Shown one piece after another: positions 39,610 to 53,383 of a stretch of DNA of 64,000 bases. Location of the stretch: positions 64,001 through 128,000 of the forward strand of contig CAWFJJ010000029.1 of the NCBI GenBank assembly GCA_963816185.1, read 5' to 3'. The notes beneath the pieces were generated by a model. It was not told the origin of the DNA. It did no database searches and worked only from the letters and a program-made list of their open reading frames with translations. This DNA is from Thermoanaerobaculia bacterium. Lineage in GTDB: Bacteria > Acidobacteriota > Thermoanaerobaculia > UBA5066. The translations under genes were made by a program, and so were the position numbers. Numbering within the stretch: the stretch's first letter is position 1; every line of letters starts with the position of its first letter.

Positions 39610-40259
39610 TGGATCCGCCTCGGGCCGTCGGACTGGGGGTTTCTCAGGGATGCCACGCCGCGCGCCGTCAACGGATGCTCGAAGAGCCGGTCCAACACAG
39701 CGAAGGGGAGCGTCGCGACATCCGCCCCCAGAGCGGCTGCATCGAGGACGTGGATCGGGTTCTGGATGCCCTGCACGCAGATCTGCGTCTCCAGCCCGTA
39801 GTTGTCGAAAACGCGGACGATGGACTCGACGACGTCCATTCCGATCTGCCCCGCGTCGTCCAGCTCGCCGACGGAAGGGCTGACGTACGCGCTGCCCGCT
39901 CGTGCGGCGAGAAGGGCCTGCATGGCCGTGTAGACGAGGCCCACGTCCGTGGCGATCTGCTCGTCGCCGAGGAGCCGCACGACGCGGAGGCCCTCGCGCG
40001 TCATCGGCACGCGCAGGACCACGTTCTTTCCGTGCTTGTGCAGTTCGCGAGCCTCCTTGTACATCGCCTTCGGGTCGCCGGTGGCGAGGGTCGCGATCAC
40101 CGGGCCGTCCCCCACCTGCGCGAGGTCGGCGAGGACGCGCCGGGAGTCGCGCCCGCTCATCTCGGCGGACTCGGGCCGGAGGAGGATTCCGTCCAGAAAG
40201 CCCCAGTCGCGCACCCGGCGGGCCTCTTCGGGGTCGGCGGTGTCGAGGAAGAAACGCAT
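39606..40259 (-). CDS. Transaldolase/fructose-6-phosphate aldolase-like protein with degenerate active site
   Basis: FFLDTAD, QALLAARAG, YVSP, FDNYGLET, HPLT are conserved, but TTNP and the Schiff-base Lys are absent. Confidence 0.85.
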   Translation of the reverse strand: MRFFLDTADPEEARRVRDWGFLDGILLRPESAEMSGRDSRRVLADLAQVGDGPVIATLATGDPKAMYKEARELHKHGKNVVLRVPMTREGLRVVRLLGDEQIATDVGLVYTAMQALLAARAGSAYVSPSVGELDDAGQIGMDVVESIVRVFDNYGLETQICVQGIQNPIHVLDAAALGADVATLPFAVLDRLFEHPLTARGVASLRNPQSDGPRRIH

Positions 40260-40287
40260 CGAGGCGCGGAGTGTACCCGTCCGAGGC

Positions 40288-42888
40288 TCAGGTGGCGGAT
40301 GCGGGTGGGGGTGGGGTCGGGCCGGCTGTCCCGTTCTCGGACTCGTCGTCCCGTTCGGCCAGCTTCGCCACGGCGACGACCCGGTCCCCCTCGGCGAGGT
40401 CGATGAGCTTGACGCCCATCGCGGCACGGCCTGTCTCCCTCACGTCGGCCACCGCCAGGCGGATGAGGATGCCCTGCTCCGTGATGACGAGGAGATGGTC
40501 CCCCTCCGTCACGGACGAGATCCCGACGACCGGCCCGTTCTTCTCCGTGACCCTCACGTTGATGACGCCGGAGCCGCCGCGAACCTGATGACGATATTCG
40601 GCGACGTCCGTCCGCTTGCCGAAGCCTTTCTCGGTCACCGCGAGGAGCGTGCCCGTCTCCTCGACGAGATCCATCTCGACGACGACGTCGTCGCCTTTCA
40701 GCTCGATCCCCTTGACGCCCGTCGTGTCACGCCCCATGGGCCGCGCGTCGGTCTCGGAGAACTTGATTCCCATGCCGAGGCGCGTGCCGAGGAACACCTG
40801 CCGCGTGCCATCCGTGATCTGCGCCGAAAGGAGCTCGTCGTCGTCCTCGAGCTTGATTGCGATGATGCCTTTCTCGCGCGGGTTTCCGTAGGCCGAGAGG
40901 AGGGTCTTCTTGACGAGGCCCCGCTTCGTCGCGAAAAGGAGATACAGGTCGTCGGGAAACGTGCGCGTCGTCGCCATGGCCGCGACGCGTTCTCCCTCCC
41001 CGAGCGCGAGGAGATTCACGAGCGCCTTCCCGCGCGTTGCGGGACCGCCCGAAGGCACGTCGTAGAGCTTCACCCAGTGGACCCGCCCCTTGTTCGTGAA
41101 CGCGAGGAGGTAGTCGTGCGTCGAGCCGACGAACAGGTGCTCGACGACGTCCTCTTCCTTCGTTTGCGCCCCCATGCGGCCCTTGCCACCGCGTTTCTGC
41201 GCGCGATAAATCGAGAGCGGCGTCCTCTTCGCATAGCCGCCCCTGCTGATCGTGAGGACGACCTCCTCCTCGGCGATGAGATCCTCGGCGGCGAGATCTC
41301 CCACCTCGGCGACGATCTCCGTCCTCCGCGGCCGGCCGTAGACTTCGCGGATTCCGGAAAGCTCGGCGCGGATGATCGCCGAAACGCGCTCGCTCTTCGC
41401 GAGAATGTCCTTCAGGTCTGCGATCGCGGCGAGGACCTCCCGGAGCTCCGCGACGATCTTCTCGCGCTCGAGTCCGGTGAGGCGTTGGAGGCGCATGTCG
41501 AGAATCGCCTGAGCCTGCGTCGCGTCGAGGCGCATTGGGTCGTCGTCGCTTCGCGCGGAGACCGAGGCGTCGAGGCTCAAGGCGCCGAGGAATTTCTCCA
41601 GCGTAGCCTTCGGAATCGAGATCTCGTTCGTAAGGCGCTTCTTGGCCTCCTCGGGGTCTGCGCTCGTTCGGATGATCGCGATGACCGAATCCAGGTTCGC
41701 GAGCGCGATCGCAAGGCCGAGCAGCACATGCGCGCGCTCCTCGGCCTTTTTGAGGTCGTAAAGCGTGCGGCGCACGACGACCTGGCGGCGGTGGTCGAGG
41801 AAATGGCGGAAGAGGTCTTTGAGCGGCAGGACGCGCGGCTGTCCCTCCACGATCGCGAGCGCGTTGATCCCGAACGAGGACTGGAGCGGGGTCAGGGCGA
41901 GGAGCTGGTTCAGGACCACCTGCGCGATGGCGTCGCGCTTCACGTCCACGACCATGCGCATGCCATGCCGGTCGGACTCGTCCCGGATCGCCGAGATGCC
42001 CTCGATCCTCTTGTCGTTCACGAGGCCCGCGATCTGCTCGATGAGGCGAGCCTTGTTGACCTGGAACGGGAGCTCCGTGACGACGATCGATTCACGGTCG
42101 CCTTTCTTCGTCTTCTCAATGTCCGCGCGTCCGCGCACCTGGAGGATGCCGCGGCCCGTCTTGTAGGCGTCCACGATGCCTTGCCGACCCAGAATGATCC
42201 CGCCCGTCGGAAAGTCGGGGCCCGGCATCACTTCGACGAGCCGGGCGAGATCGGCCTTCGGGTCGTCCAGAAGCACGATCGCTGCGGCGCAGGCCTCGGC
42301 AAGGCTGTGCGGTGCGATCTTCGTCGCCATGCCGACGGCGATGCCCTCGGAGCCGTTCACGAGGAGGTTCGGGAACCTCAAGGGTAGGACGGTGGGCTCC
42401 TGGAGCGAGCCGTCATAGTTCAGCGTCCAGTCGACGGTCTCTTTGCCGATGTCGTCGCCGAGCATTTCCTCGGCGAGGCGCGTGAGCCGAATCTCGGTGT
42501 AGCGCATGGCCGCCGCCGAGTCCCCGTCCACAGAGCCGAAGTTGCCCTGCCCATCCACGAGCGGTTCGCTCATGGAAAAGTCCTGCGCCATCCGGACGAT
42601 CGTGTCGTAGATCGCGGCGTCTCCGTGCGGGTGGTACTTGCCCATGATGTCGCCGACGAGTCGGGCCGACTTCTTGTAAGGCCGGTTGTGGCGGTTGCCC
42701 TGTTCCCACATGCCGAAGAGCACCCGGCGGTGGACGGGCTTGAGGCCGTCCCGCACGTCGGGGAGCGCGCGCCCGACGATGACGGACATCGCGTAATCGA
42801 GATAGCTCCGCCGGATCTCCTCCTCGATCGAGACGGGGATCTTTTCGCCGGGATCGATCGTCGGCGGCTTTTCGGGAGTGTCGGCCAA
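40288..42888 (-). CDS. gyrA: DNA gyrase subunit A
   Basis: GKYHPHGD, AAMRYTE, GyrA-box QKRGGKG. Confidence 0.98.
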   Translation of the reverse strand: MADTPEKPPTIDPGEKIPVSIEEEIRRSYLDYAMSVIVGRALPDVRDGLKPVHRRVLFGMWEQGNRHNRPYKKSARLVGDIMGKYHPHGDAAIYDTIVRMAQDFSMSEPLVDGQGNFGSVDGDSAAAMRYTEIRLTRLAEEMLGDDIGKETVDWTLNYDGSLQEPTVLPLRFPNLLVNGSEGIAVGMATKIAPHSLAEACAAAIVLLDDPKADLARLVEVMPGPDFPTGGIILGRQGIVDAYKTGRGILQVRGRADIEKTKKGDRESIVVTELPFQVNKARLIEQIAGLVNDKRIEGISAIRDESDRHGMRMVVDVKRDAIAQVVLNQLLALTPLQSSFGINALAIVEGQPRVLPLKDLFRHFLDHRRQVVVRRTLYDLKKAEERAHVLLGLAIALANLDSVIAIIRTSADPEEAKKRLTNEISIPKATLEKFLGALSLDASVSARSDDDPMRLDATQAQAILDMRLQRLTGLEREKIVAELREVLAAIADLKDILAKSERVSAIIRAELSGIREVYGRPRRTEIVAEVGDLAAEDLIAEEEVVLTISRGGYAKRTPLSIYRAQKRGGKGRMGAQTKEEDVVEHLFVGSTHDYLLAFTNKGRVHWVKLYDVPSGGPATRGKALVNLLALGEGERVAAMATTRTFPDDLYLLFATKRGLVKKTLLSAYGNPREKGIIAIKLEDDDELLSAQITDGTRQVFLGTRLGMGIKFSETDARPMGRDTTGVKGIELKGDDVVVEMDLVEETGTLLAVTEKGFGKRTDVAEYRHQVRGGSGVINVRVTEKNGPVVGISSVTEGDHLLVITEQGILIRLAVADVRETGRAAMGVKLIDLAEGDRVVAVAKLAERDDESENGTAGPTPPPPASAT

Positions 42889-42889
42889 C

Positions 42890-46542
<3,653 letters not shown>

Positions 46543-46550
46543 GCGGCCGG

Positions 46551-47675
46551 CTACATCCTCATCGGCATCACGACATAGAGATAGCTTCGGATGCCCCCCA
46601 GGGGTTCCGCGGGCCGACCCTGACATTGCGCCTGCTCGTCTTTCACGAAAAGGTGGACGTCCTTCGATTCCGCCGCTTCGAGAAACTGCTCGAGGTAGCG
46701 CGCGTTGAGGCGCAGCGTGACCGGAGGGTGGTCGTACGCGATGGCGATTTCCTGGGACCCGTCACCGACCTCCTGGCTTTCCGACGAGACGACGAGGGCG
46801 TCTTTCTGAAAGGCGACGCTCACCGCCTTCATCCGGTCGCCCGACAGAAGGGCGATCCTGCGGACCGCCCCCAGAAGCTCCTCGCGGGGCACGACCGCCT
46901 TCTTGTCGTTCTCCTTGCTGATGACCTTCTCGTAATCCGGGAAACGCCGTTCGTCGAGCTTCGAAAAAAGCTTCCGGTTGCCCACGGAGAACCCGATGTG
47001 GTTCGTGCCGCGCACGATCGTCACGATCGCGTCGTCACCCGCATCGAGCTTTCCGAGCTCATCGAGAATCTTCTTGGAGACGAGGACCGGCTCGAATCCG
47101 GCCTCGGCCTGCGCACCTTCGACTTCCACGAGCGCCAGCCGATGACCGTCGGTCGCGACCATTTCGACGCTTCCCCCCTTCGTCTTGAGGAGCGCGCCCT
47201 GAAGCTGAAGTCGCATCTCCTCGGTGGAGACGGCAAACCGCACCTTGTCGACCATCCTGCGAAGCGCGCCGAACGAAAGTGTGAGCGTGGGGCCGCCCGC
47301 GGGCTCGGGCCGGGTCGGATAATCCCCGGCAGGAAGTCCGTTGAGGCGGATGCGGAGCTTCGGCTCCTTACACTCGAGGGAAACGTGGTTGTTCTCGAGT
47401 ACCTTGAGTTTCAGCTCAGCATTCGGCGGCAGCTCGCGCACGACGTCGTAGAGGCGACGAGCCGGCGCCGTGATCGCGCCGGTGCTCTTCAACGCGACCG
47501 GAGTGATCTCCGACACCACCGTCGTGTCGAGGTCGGTGGCCGTGAGGGTGAGCGTCTCGCCCTTGGCCTCGAGCAGGACGTTCGTGAGAATCTGATGCGT
47601 CGTCCGCTTCTCGACGACTCCCTGAATCAGGCTCAGTTCGCGGGCCAGGATCGAGGCCGGAAGTGTCAGCTCCAC
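46551..47675 (-). CDS. dnaN: DNA polymerase III beta clamp
   Basis: ATDLD, VATDGHRLA, FPDYEKVI, VVMPMR. Confidence 0.96.
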   Translation of the reverse strand: MELTLPASILARELSLIQGVVEKRTTHQILTNVLLEAKGETLTLTATDLDTTVVSEITPVALKSTGAITAPARRLYDVVRELPPNAELKLKVLENNHVSLECKEPKLRIRLNGLPAGDYPTRPEPAGGPTLTLSFGALRRMVDKVRFAVSTEEMRLQLQGALLKTKGGSVEMVATDGHRLALVEVEGAQAEAGFEPVLVSKKILDELGKLDAGDDAIVTIVRGTNHIGFSVGNRKLFSKLDERRFPDYEKVISKENDKKAVVPREELLGAVRRIALLSGDRMKAVSVAFQKDALVVSSESQEVGDGSQEIAIAYDHPPVTLRLNARYLEQFLEAAESKDVHLFVKDEQAQCQGRPAEPLGGIRSYLYVVMPMRM

Positions 47676-47918
47676 GACGTCTCCTTAGATCTTGAATCCT
47701 ATCATTTACAGCTTCTCAAAAGTAGCAGAAGACGTAGTGAGGTCCAAAAAGTGCATTGTCTACTAAAGTATGTATTTTCAGATAGTTATAAAGACAGTTA
47801 ACCTGTGAATCTCGCGATGATCCTTTGTGTAAAGAGGGCCCTTCCAAACGACCGCAAGGGACTTTTGCGTGGTCGCCGGGTGAGGCAACAGCAGGACGAG
47901 GAAAGAGAAGTGGAAAAC
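47676..47918. promoter_or_regulatory. Probable oriC (dnaA-dnaN intergenic region)
   Basis: AT-rich island in GC-rich DNA; DnaA-trio-like TAGCAGAAGACGTAG (47723-47737); degenerate DnaA boxes at 47756, 47804, 47826, 47909; gene orientation switches around dnaA. Confidence 0.75.
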
Positions 47919-49232
47919 TCAGCGAAACTGCGCCAGGAAACCGGCCAGAAGCCGGTCCAGCTCTGGATCTTCTTCTCTCAGAGCCGCGATCTTTCGGATG
48001 GCGTGAAGCGCCGTGGTGTGGTGTTTGTCGGAGAATAGGCGACCGATCTCGGGCAGGGAGAGCCCGGTCGTTTCTTTGAGGATATACATGGCCACCTGCC
48101 GCGCGAAGACGATGGGACCACGCTTCGTGCGCGCCCGGAGCTCGGCGGGCTTGAGGCCGTAGTGGGCGCCTACGAGCTTCAGGATGTCGGCGGGCGTCGT
48201 CGTGTGTTCTTCGGCGCGAAAGACGTCCCGCAACGCCTCCCGGCCGAGATCGAGAGAGATCGCCTCGCCCTTCAGGGACGCGAACGCCACGACCCGATTG
48301 AAGTAGCCCTCCAGCTCGCGGATCGACGACTTGATCTTGCCGGCGAGGAAGAAAGCGACGTCGTCCTCGAGGACGACCTGGCTCGCCTCGGCCTTCTGGC
48401 GGAGGATCGCGACCTTGGTCTCGAAGTCGGGAAGCTGAATGTCCACGATGAGGCCGCCCTCGAACCGGCTCTTCAGCCGGTCCGTCAGGCCGGGAATCTC
48501 GCGCGGCGGAACGTCGGAGGAAAAGACGATCTGGTTGCCTTCGTCGTACAGCGCATTGAAGGTGTGAAAGAGCTCGTTCTCCGAGGCCTCCTTCCCGACG
48601 ACGAACTGCACGTCGTCGAGCAACAGGATGTCGGCAGCCCGGAAACGCTGCCGCAGGCTTTCCATCTTGTTGAACCGCACGCCGAGCACGACCTCGTTCA
48701 CGAAGTTCTCGGAAGTCAGGTAGATGACCTTCTCGCCCGGTCGGCGCGAGAGGCGGCGGTGCCCGATGGCTTGCATGAGGTGCGTCTTGCCGAGCCCCGT
48801 TCCGCCGCAGATGAAAAGGGGGTTGTACTGCCGCGACGTCTGGTCTGCCACGCGCAGGGCGGCGGCGTGGGCGAGGCGGTTGGACTCGCCCGTCACGAAG
48901 TGCTCGAACGTGTACGCGGGATTCAGGCCGCCGGCCCGCCGGCGAGGCTCCGCGGGGACCTTTTGCGGGTTGACTGCGGACCGGTATTCGCCGTCCGCGC
49001 CAAAGCGGATCTCCCGGTTGCCTGCGCCCGCGAGACGGGCGGCCTCGGCGATCTGCCGGGCATAGGCTTCGGGGATGTAATCCACGAACAGGGGGGTACG
49101 CACCTGGACGAAGATGGTGTCGGCCGACTCGGACTTCTGCCTCGAGTCCCGGAACCACGAGTCGAACTCCCGCTCGTCCACGCGGGTCTTGAGGTGCTCC
49201 AGAATCTTGGCCCAGGTCGTCTGCTTTTCCAC
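47919..49232 (-). CDS. dnaA: Chromosomal replication initiator DnaA
   Basis: YTFEHFVTG, YNPLFICGGTGLGKTHL, LLLDDVQF, LKSRF, HHTTALHA. Confidence 0.97.
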   Translation of the reverse strand: MEKQTTWAKILEHLKTRVDEREFDSWFRDSRQKSESADTIFVQVRTPLFVDYIPEAYARQIAEAARLAGAGNREIRFGADGEYRSAVNPQKVPAEPRRRAGGLNPAYTFEHFVTGESNRLAHAAALRVADQTSRQYNPLFICGGTGLGKTHLMQAIGHRRLSRRPGEKVIYLTSENFVNEVVLGVRFNKMESLRQRFRAADILLLDDVQFVVGKEASENELFHTFNALYDEGNQIVFSSDVPPREIPGLTDRLKSRFEGGLIVDIQLPDFETKVAILRQKAEASQVVLEDDVAFFLAGKIKSSIRELEGYFNRVVAFASLKGEAISLDLGREALRDVFRAEEHTTTPADILKLVGAHYGLKPAELRARTKRGPIVFARQVAMYILKETTGLSLPEIGRLFSDKHHTTALHAIRKIAALREEDPELDRLLAGFLAQFR

Positions 49233-49255
49233 AGGATCTCCACCGCTGTGCAAAA
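49225..49255. promoter_or_regulatory. DnaA box-like sites at the dnaA start
   Basis: TTTTCCACA (49225-49233) and TGTGCAAAA (49247-49255). Confidence 0.55.
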
Positions 49256-49374
49256 CCGCCTTTGCGGGGGACGGGAATGGTATCAGCGCCCTCCGGGGCG
49301 GAAAAGGGCCCTCCGGTTGACAGGATCGACGGAAGCCCGGAGAATCCCCCTCCCCGTCGGAGGGCCCGCACACC

Positions 49375-49518
49375 ATGGCCAAGAGCAAACGCACCTTCCA
49401 GCCCAACAACCGCCATCGGAACAGGACGCACGGGTTTCTGGTCCGGATGAGGACGAAGGCGGGCAGGGCCGTTCTAGCCCGCCGGCGGGCGAAAGGGCGC
49501 AAGCGCCTCTCCGCCTAG
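49375..49518 (+). CDS. rpmH: 50S ribosomal protein L34
   Basis: Manual translation [47 protein letters not shown] (below ORF-track cutoff). Confidence 0.97.
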   Translation: MAKSKRTFQPNNRHRNRTHGFLVRMRTKAGRAVLARRRAKGRKRLSA

Positions 49519-49570
49519 GCGGAGGCGGCAACCGGGAGTCCGCCGCGAAACGCGGTGTCCGGTCGGAGCC

Positions 49571-49963
49571 ATGCATGCACGGGCGCACGCCGCCGCTCGC
49601 CGTCCGAGGGGCGAAGCGTTCCCCCGCGCATGCCGCGTCTCGGCACGCAGGGATTTTCGAGAAGCGTACGAGCACGGGGCCAAATACCACGGCCGCCTCG
49701 TCGTGGTTTTCGCGAAGGCCCGGGCCGAAGGCGGGGTCCGGCTCGGCCTCACGGCCACGCGCAAGGTGGGCGGCGCGGTGGTTCGGAACCGCGCCCGCCG
49801 CCGCGTGCGCGAGATCTTCCGACGCTGGTCCGCGACCGCGCCGGAGGCCAGCGTGGATCTCATCGTGAACATTTCGGAGAGAGCGACCCGCGCGGCTTTT
49901 TCGGCTCTCTCGGCGGAGGTGACGGCGCTCCTTTCGCGCGCCGCCGCGGACGTGGCGAAATGA
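49571..49963 (+). CDS. rnpA: Ribonuclease P protein component
   Basis: [21 protein letters not shown]. Confidence 0.93.
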   Translation: MHARAHAAARRPRGEAFPRACRVSARRDFREAYEHGAKYHGRLVVVFAKARAEGGVRLGLTATRKVGGAVVRNRARRRVREIFRRWSATAPEASVDLIVNISERATRAAFSALSAEVTALLSRAAADVAK

Positions 49964-50190
49964 ATGCTCTTCCGATCGCGCCCGCCCGCACCGTGGCGGG
50001 GATTCTCGGCGTCTACAAGCGCTTCGTCTCGCCCCTGCTCCCGCCGGCCTGCCGGTTCACCCCCACGTGCTCGGAGTACGCGCGCGAAGCGGTCATGCGC
50101 TACGGCGTTTGGCGGGGCCTCGCCTTGGCGGTGCGCCGGCTCGCCCGTTGCCACCCGTTCCACACCGGCGGCCCCGACCCGGTTCCCTGA
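49960..50190 (+). CDS. yidD: Membrane protein insertion efficiency factor YidD
   Basis: [15 protein letters not shown]...DPVP. Confidence 0.95.
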   Translation: MNALPIAPARTVAGILGVYKRFVSPLLPPACRFTPTCSEYAREAVMRYGVWRGLALAVRRLARCHPFHTGGPDPVP

Positions 50191-50205
50191 AGCAGAGGAG
50201 ATCCC

Positions 50206-51885
50206 TTGGAAACGAAGCGCCTCGTTCTCGCCTTTGCGCTCTCGGCCGTCGTCCTGATCGGCTGGACGGTTCTGTTCCCGCCGCCGAAGAGGAGCGCACC
50301 GGCCGCGCGGCCCGTCGCAACCGCACCGGCCGCGACCGCGACGGCGCCGACCACGACGGCGGCCGCTCCCTCGACGCAGGCCGCCGTGGCTGCGCCGGCG
50401 ACCCAGGCGGCGCGTGAGAAAGCCGTTCCGGTGGCCGCCGCCGCCGAGGAGCTCGTCGAGGTGCGCAGCCCGCTGTTTACGGCACGCCTTTCGAACGAGG
50501 GGGGAGTCCTGAAGTCGTTCATCCTGACGCAGCACCGGGACGGCGCCGGAAAGGCGCTCGACCTCGTGCGACAGGGTCCGCCATTTCCGGGCGCGACGCT
50601 CACGCTCGATCCGGCGGATCCCTTTCTCCAACGGGCCGGAAAGGCTCACTTCGCGGTGGAACGCGAAACCGGCAACGGCGTGACCTCGGTGCGCTTCCGC
50701 TACCGCGAGGCGAGCGGAGAAGGGCTCGTCCGTACGTACGTCTTTCGGGATTCGTATGTCATCGCCGTGAAGGCCGAGCGTGAAGGCGCCCCCGGCGCCG
50801 CGGTCGGACTCGTCCTCGGACCCGGGATCGGCAATCCTTCTCCGGAGGAGCTCACGAGCCGCTACACGAAACCGGGGGCGACCGTCACGCTCTCCGCCTC
50901 CGGCTCGGTGGAGCGCAAGGCCAAGGACGCGCTCAAGGAGCCCCTGCCGAAGGGACCGGGCCTCGTCGCCGCGGGCGTCGAAGACAACTACTTTCTCGCC
51001 GCGTTTCTCCCGTCGGGGACGGCGACGGTGACCCTGCGACCCGTCGCCCTCGCGCCGCCGCCCGCGGTCGAGGGCAAGCCCGCGCTGGCCGACGCCGAGA
51101 GCGAAGTCGTCCTGTCGGCGCCGAACGCCGTCGTAACGGATGTCTTCCTCGGCCCGAAGGAGCTCGACGTCCTCGAAAAGACGCGTCCCGGCATGGACCG
51201 CCTCATCGATTACGGCTGGTTCGCGATCGTCGTGAAGCCGCTTCTCTGGGGCCTCAAGGCCATCCACAAAGTCGTCGGAAACTGGGGTGTCGCGATCCTC
51301 GTCATCACGGTCATCATCAAGGTTCTCCTCTACCCGCTCACGCACAAGCAGCTCGTCTCGATGAAGAAGATGAGCGTCCTGCAGCCGAAGGTGGAGACGA
51401 TCCGCACGAAGTGGTCGGGGAAGATCAAGCAGGACCCGCAGGCGCGCACGAAGATGAACGAGGAGATGATGGCGCTCTACAAGCAGGAAGGCGTAAACCC
51501 CGCCGGGGGCTGCCTGCCGCTCCTCTTGCAAATGCCGATCCTCATCGCGTTCTACAACCTGCTCGCCCACTCGATCGAGCTGCGCCACGCGCCGTTCATG
51601 CTGTGGATCACGGACCTCTCGGCGAAAGACCCGTATTACGTCACGCCGATCCTCATGACGGCGACCATGTGGCTCCAGCAGCAGATGACGCCGACGGGCG
51701 GCGACCCCACGATGCGGAAGGTCCAGAACGTCATGCCGCTCGTCATGGGCTTTCTCTTCAAGGACGTGCCGTCGGGTCTCGTTCTCTACTGGCTCATGCA
51801 GAACGTCCTCACGATCGGGCAGCAGATGCTCCTGAACCGGTTCACCGACCTCGGCCCGGCCGCGATGAAGCCGAAGGCGTCCTGA
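50206..51885 (+). CDS. yidC: Membrane protein insertase YidC
   Basis: DYGWF, GNWGVAI, NPAGGCLP, WITDLS, GLVLYW. Confidence 0.96.
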   Translation: METKRLVLAFALSAVVLIGWTVLFPPPKRSAPAARPVATAPAATATAPTTTAAAPSTQAAVAAPATQAAREKAVPVAAAAEELVEVRSPLFTARLSNEGGVLKSFILTQHRDGAGKALDLVRQGPPFPGATLTLDPADPFLQRAGKAHFAVERETGNGVTSVRFRYREASGEGLVRTYVFRDSYVIAVKAEREGAPGAAVGLVLGPGIGNPSPEELTSRYTKPGATVTLSASGSVERKAKDALKEPLPKGPGLVAAGVEDNYFLAAFLPSGTATVTLRPVALAPPPAVEGKPALADAESEVVLSAPNAVVTDVFLGPKELDVLEKTRPGMDRLIDYGWFAIVVKPLLWGLKAIHKVVGNWGVAILVITVIIKVLLYPLTHKQLVSMKKMSVLQPKVETIRTKWSGKIKQDPQARTKMNEEMMALYKQEGVNPAGGCLPLLLQMPILIAFYNLLAHSIELRHAPFMLWITDLSAKDPYYVTPILMTATMWLQQQMTPTGGDPTMRKVQNVMPLVMGFLFKDVPSGLVLYWLMQNVLTIGQQMLLNRFTDLGPAAMKPKAS

Positions 51886-51909
51886 CGCCCCGCAAGGAGA
51901 GCGCGGCCC

Positions 51910-53373
51910 ATGGCACGCCTCGTGGCCGATCCGGACCGCGGAGGTGACGTCGTCGTCGCCCCGGCGACGCCGCCGGGCGTCGCGGCGCTCGCGGTCGTCC
52001 GGCTGACGGGTCCTTCCGGCCGCACGCTTGCCGTCGCGCGTCGGATCGCGCCCGGTGTTGGAGAGAGACCGCGCCCGCGCGAGGCGGGTTTGCACCGACT
52101 CGTGGGAGAGGACGGCCGGCCGCTGGACCGCGCTCTCGTGCTGTTCTTTCCGGCGCCGCGCTCGGTCACCGGCGAGGAGGTCGTGGAGTTTCTCTGCCAC
52201 GGGTCGCCCGCGATCGTGGCGGGGCTCCTTGCGGCGGCGCGCGCGGCGGGGGCGAGGCCGGCGACGCGGGGCGAGTTCACGCGGCGCGCCCTCGCCAACG
52301 GAAAGGTGGATCTCGCCGAGGCCGAGGGCCTCGCCGCGCTCGCTCGGGCGGAGAGCCTCGGAAACGTGCGGCGGGCGCTTTCTCTCGTGGAGGGAGAGCT
52401 ATCGAAGCGCGTCTCGGCGGCGCGCGAGCGGATGCTCGACGTTCTTTCGGGCCTCGAGGCCGCACTCGACTTCGCCGAGGACGTCCCGGCGGTGGAAATG
52501 CGGTCCGCCGCGGACGCGCTCGAAGCCGTCGCAGAAGAGGCGGACGCGCTGGGTGCGGCCGCCGCGCGGGGCGGTGCGCGAGAGCGGCGCAAGGTGGTCG
52601 CGATCCTCGGGCGGCCGAACGCCGGGAAGTCGACGCTCTTCAACGCGCTCGTCGGTCGCGACCGCGCCATCGTCACGGCCGTGCCGGGCACGACACGTGA
52701 CGCGATCTCCGACGTGTGTGAGATCGGTGGCGAGACCGTGACGGTCCTGGACACGGCTGGACTCCGTTCGACGGAGGACGAGGTCGAGAAGATCGGCGTC
52801 GCCGTCGCGGAGCGAGCGGGAGAAAAGGCGGACCTCGTCCTCTACGTCGTCGATGCGTGTCTTGGGACGTCGGAGGAGGACGAGGATTTTCTTAGAAAGG
52901 GAAGAGGGCGGGGGATGCTCCTCGTGAGAACGAAGGCCGATCTCGTGCCGCCCGCGCCGGCGCACCCGGTTACGAGCGTCGCCGGCGCGCAGCCGACAGC
53001 GGTCGCTGCAGCAGCACGGCCCGCATTTCCTTTCGGAGAAAATCCCTCTTCTTCGTCCTCGTGCTCTGAGCTTCTTGTCTCTGCCGTCACCGGCGAGGGT
53101 CTGGGCGTGCTTCGCTCCGCGCTCGCCGCGCGCCTCGGCCTCGTCGAGGCTGACGGCGAGCTGCTCGTCCTCGAGCGGCATCGCGAGGCCCTGGCGTTCA
53201 CCGCGGCTTCCCTGCGCGAGGCCGGGACGCTCGCGCGGAGCGAGGACGGCGCGCCGGAGCTCGTCGCGGCACGCGTGCGCGAGGCGCTTTCCGCGCTGGG
53301 TGCGATCACGGGCGAGACGGCGACCGAGGAGCTCCTGGACCGGATCTTCGCGACGTTCTGCGTGGGCAAGTAA
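51910..53373 (+). CDS. mnmE: tRNA modification GTPase MnmE
   Basis: GEFTRRA, GRPNAGKST, PGTTRD, DTAG, FCVGK. Confidence 0.95.
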   Translation: MARLVADPDRGGDVVVAPATPPGVAALAVVRLTGPSGRTLAVARRIAPGVGERPRPREAGLHRLVGEDGRPLDRALVLFFPAPRSVTGEEVVEFLCHGSPAIVAGLLAAARAAGARPATRGEFTRRALANGKVDLAEAEGLAALARAESLGNVRRALSLVEGELSKRVSAARERMLDVLSGLEAALDFAEDVPAVEMRSAADALEAVAEEADALGAAAARGGARERRKVVAILGRPNAGKSTLFNALVGRDRAIVTAVPGTTRDAISDVCEIGGETVTVLDTAGLRSTEDEVEKIGVAVAERAGEKADLVLYVVDACLGTSEEDEDFLRKGRGRGMLLVRTKADLVPPAPAHPVTSVAGAQPTAVAAAARPAFPFGENPSSSSSCSELLVSAVTGEGLGVLRSALAARLGLVEADGELLVLERHREALAFTAASLREAGTLARSEDGAPELVAARVREALSALGAITGETATEELLDRIFATFCVGK

Positions 53374-53383
53374 AGTGGCGGGG

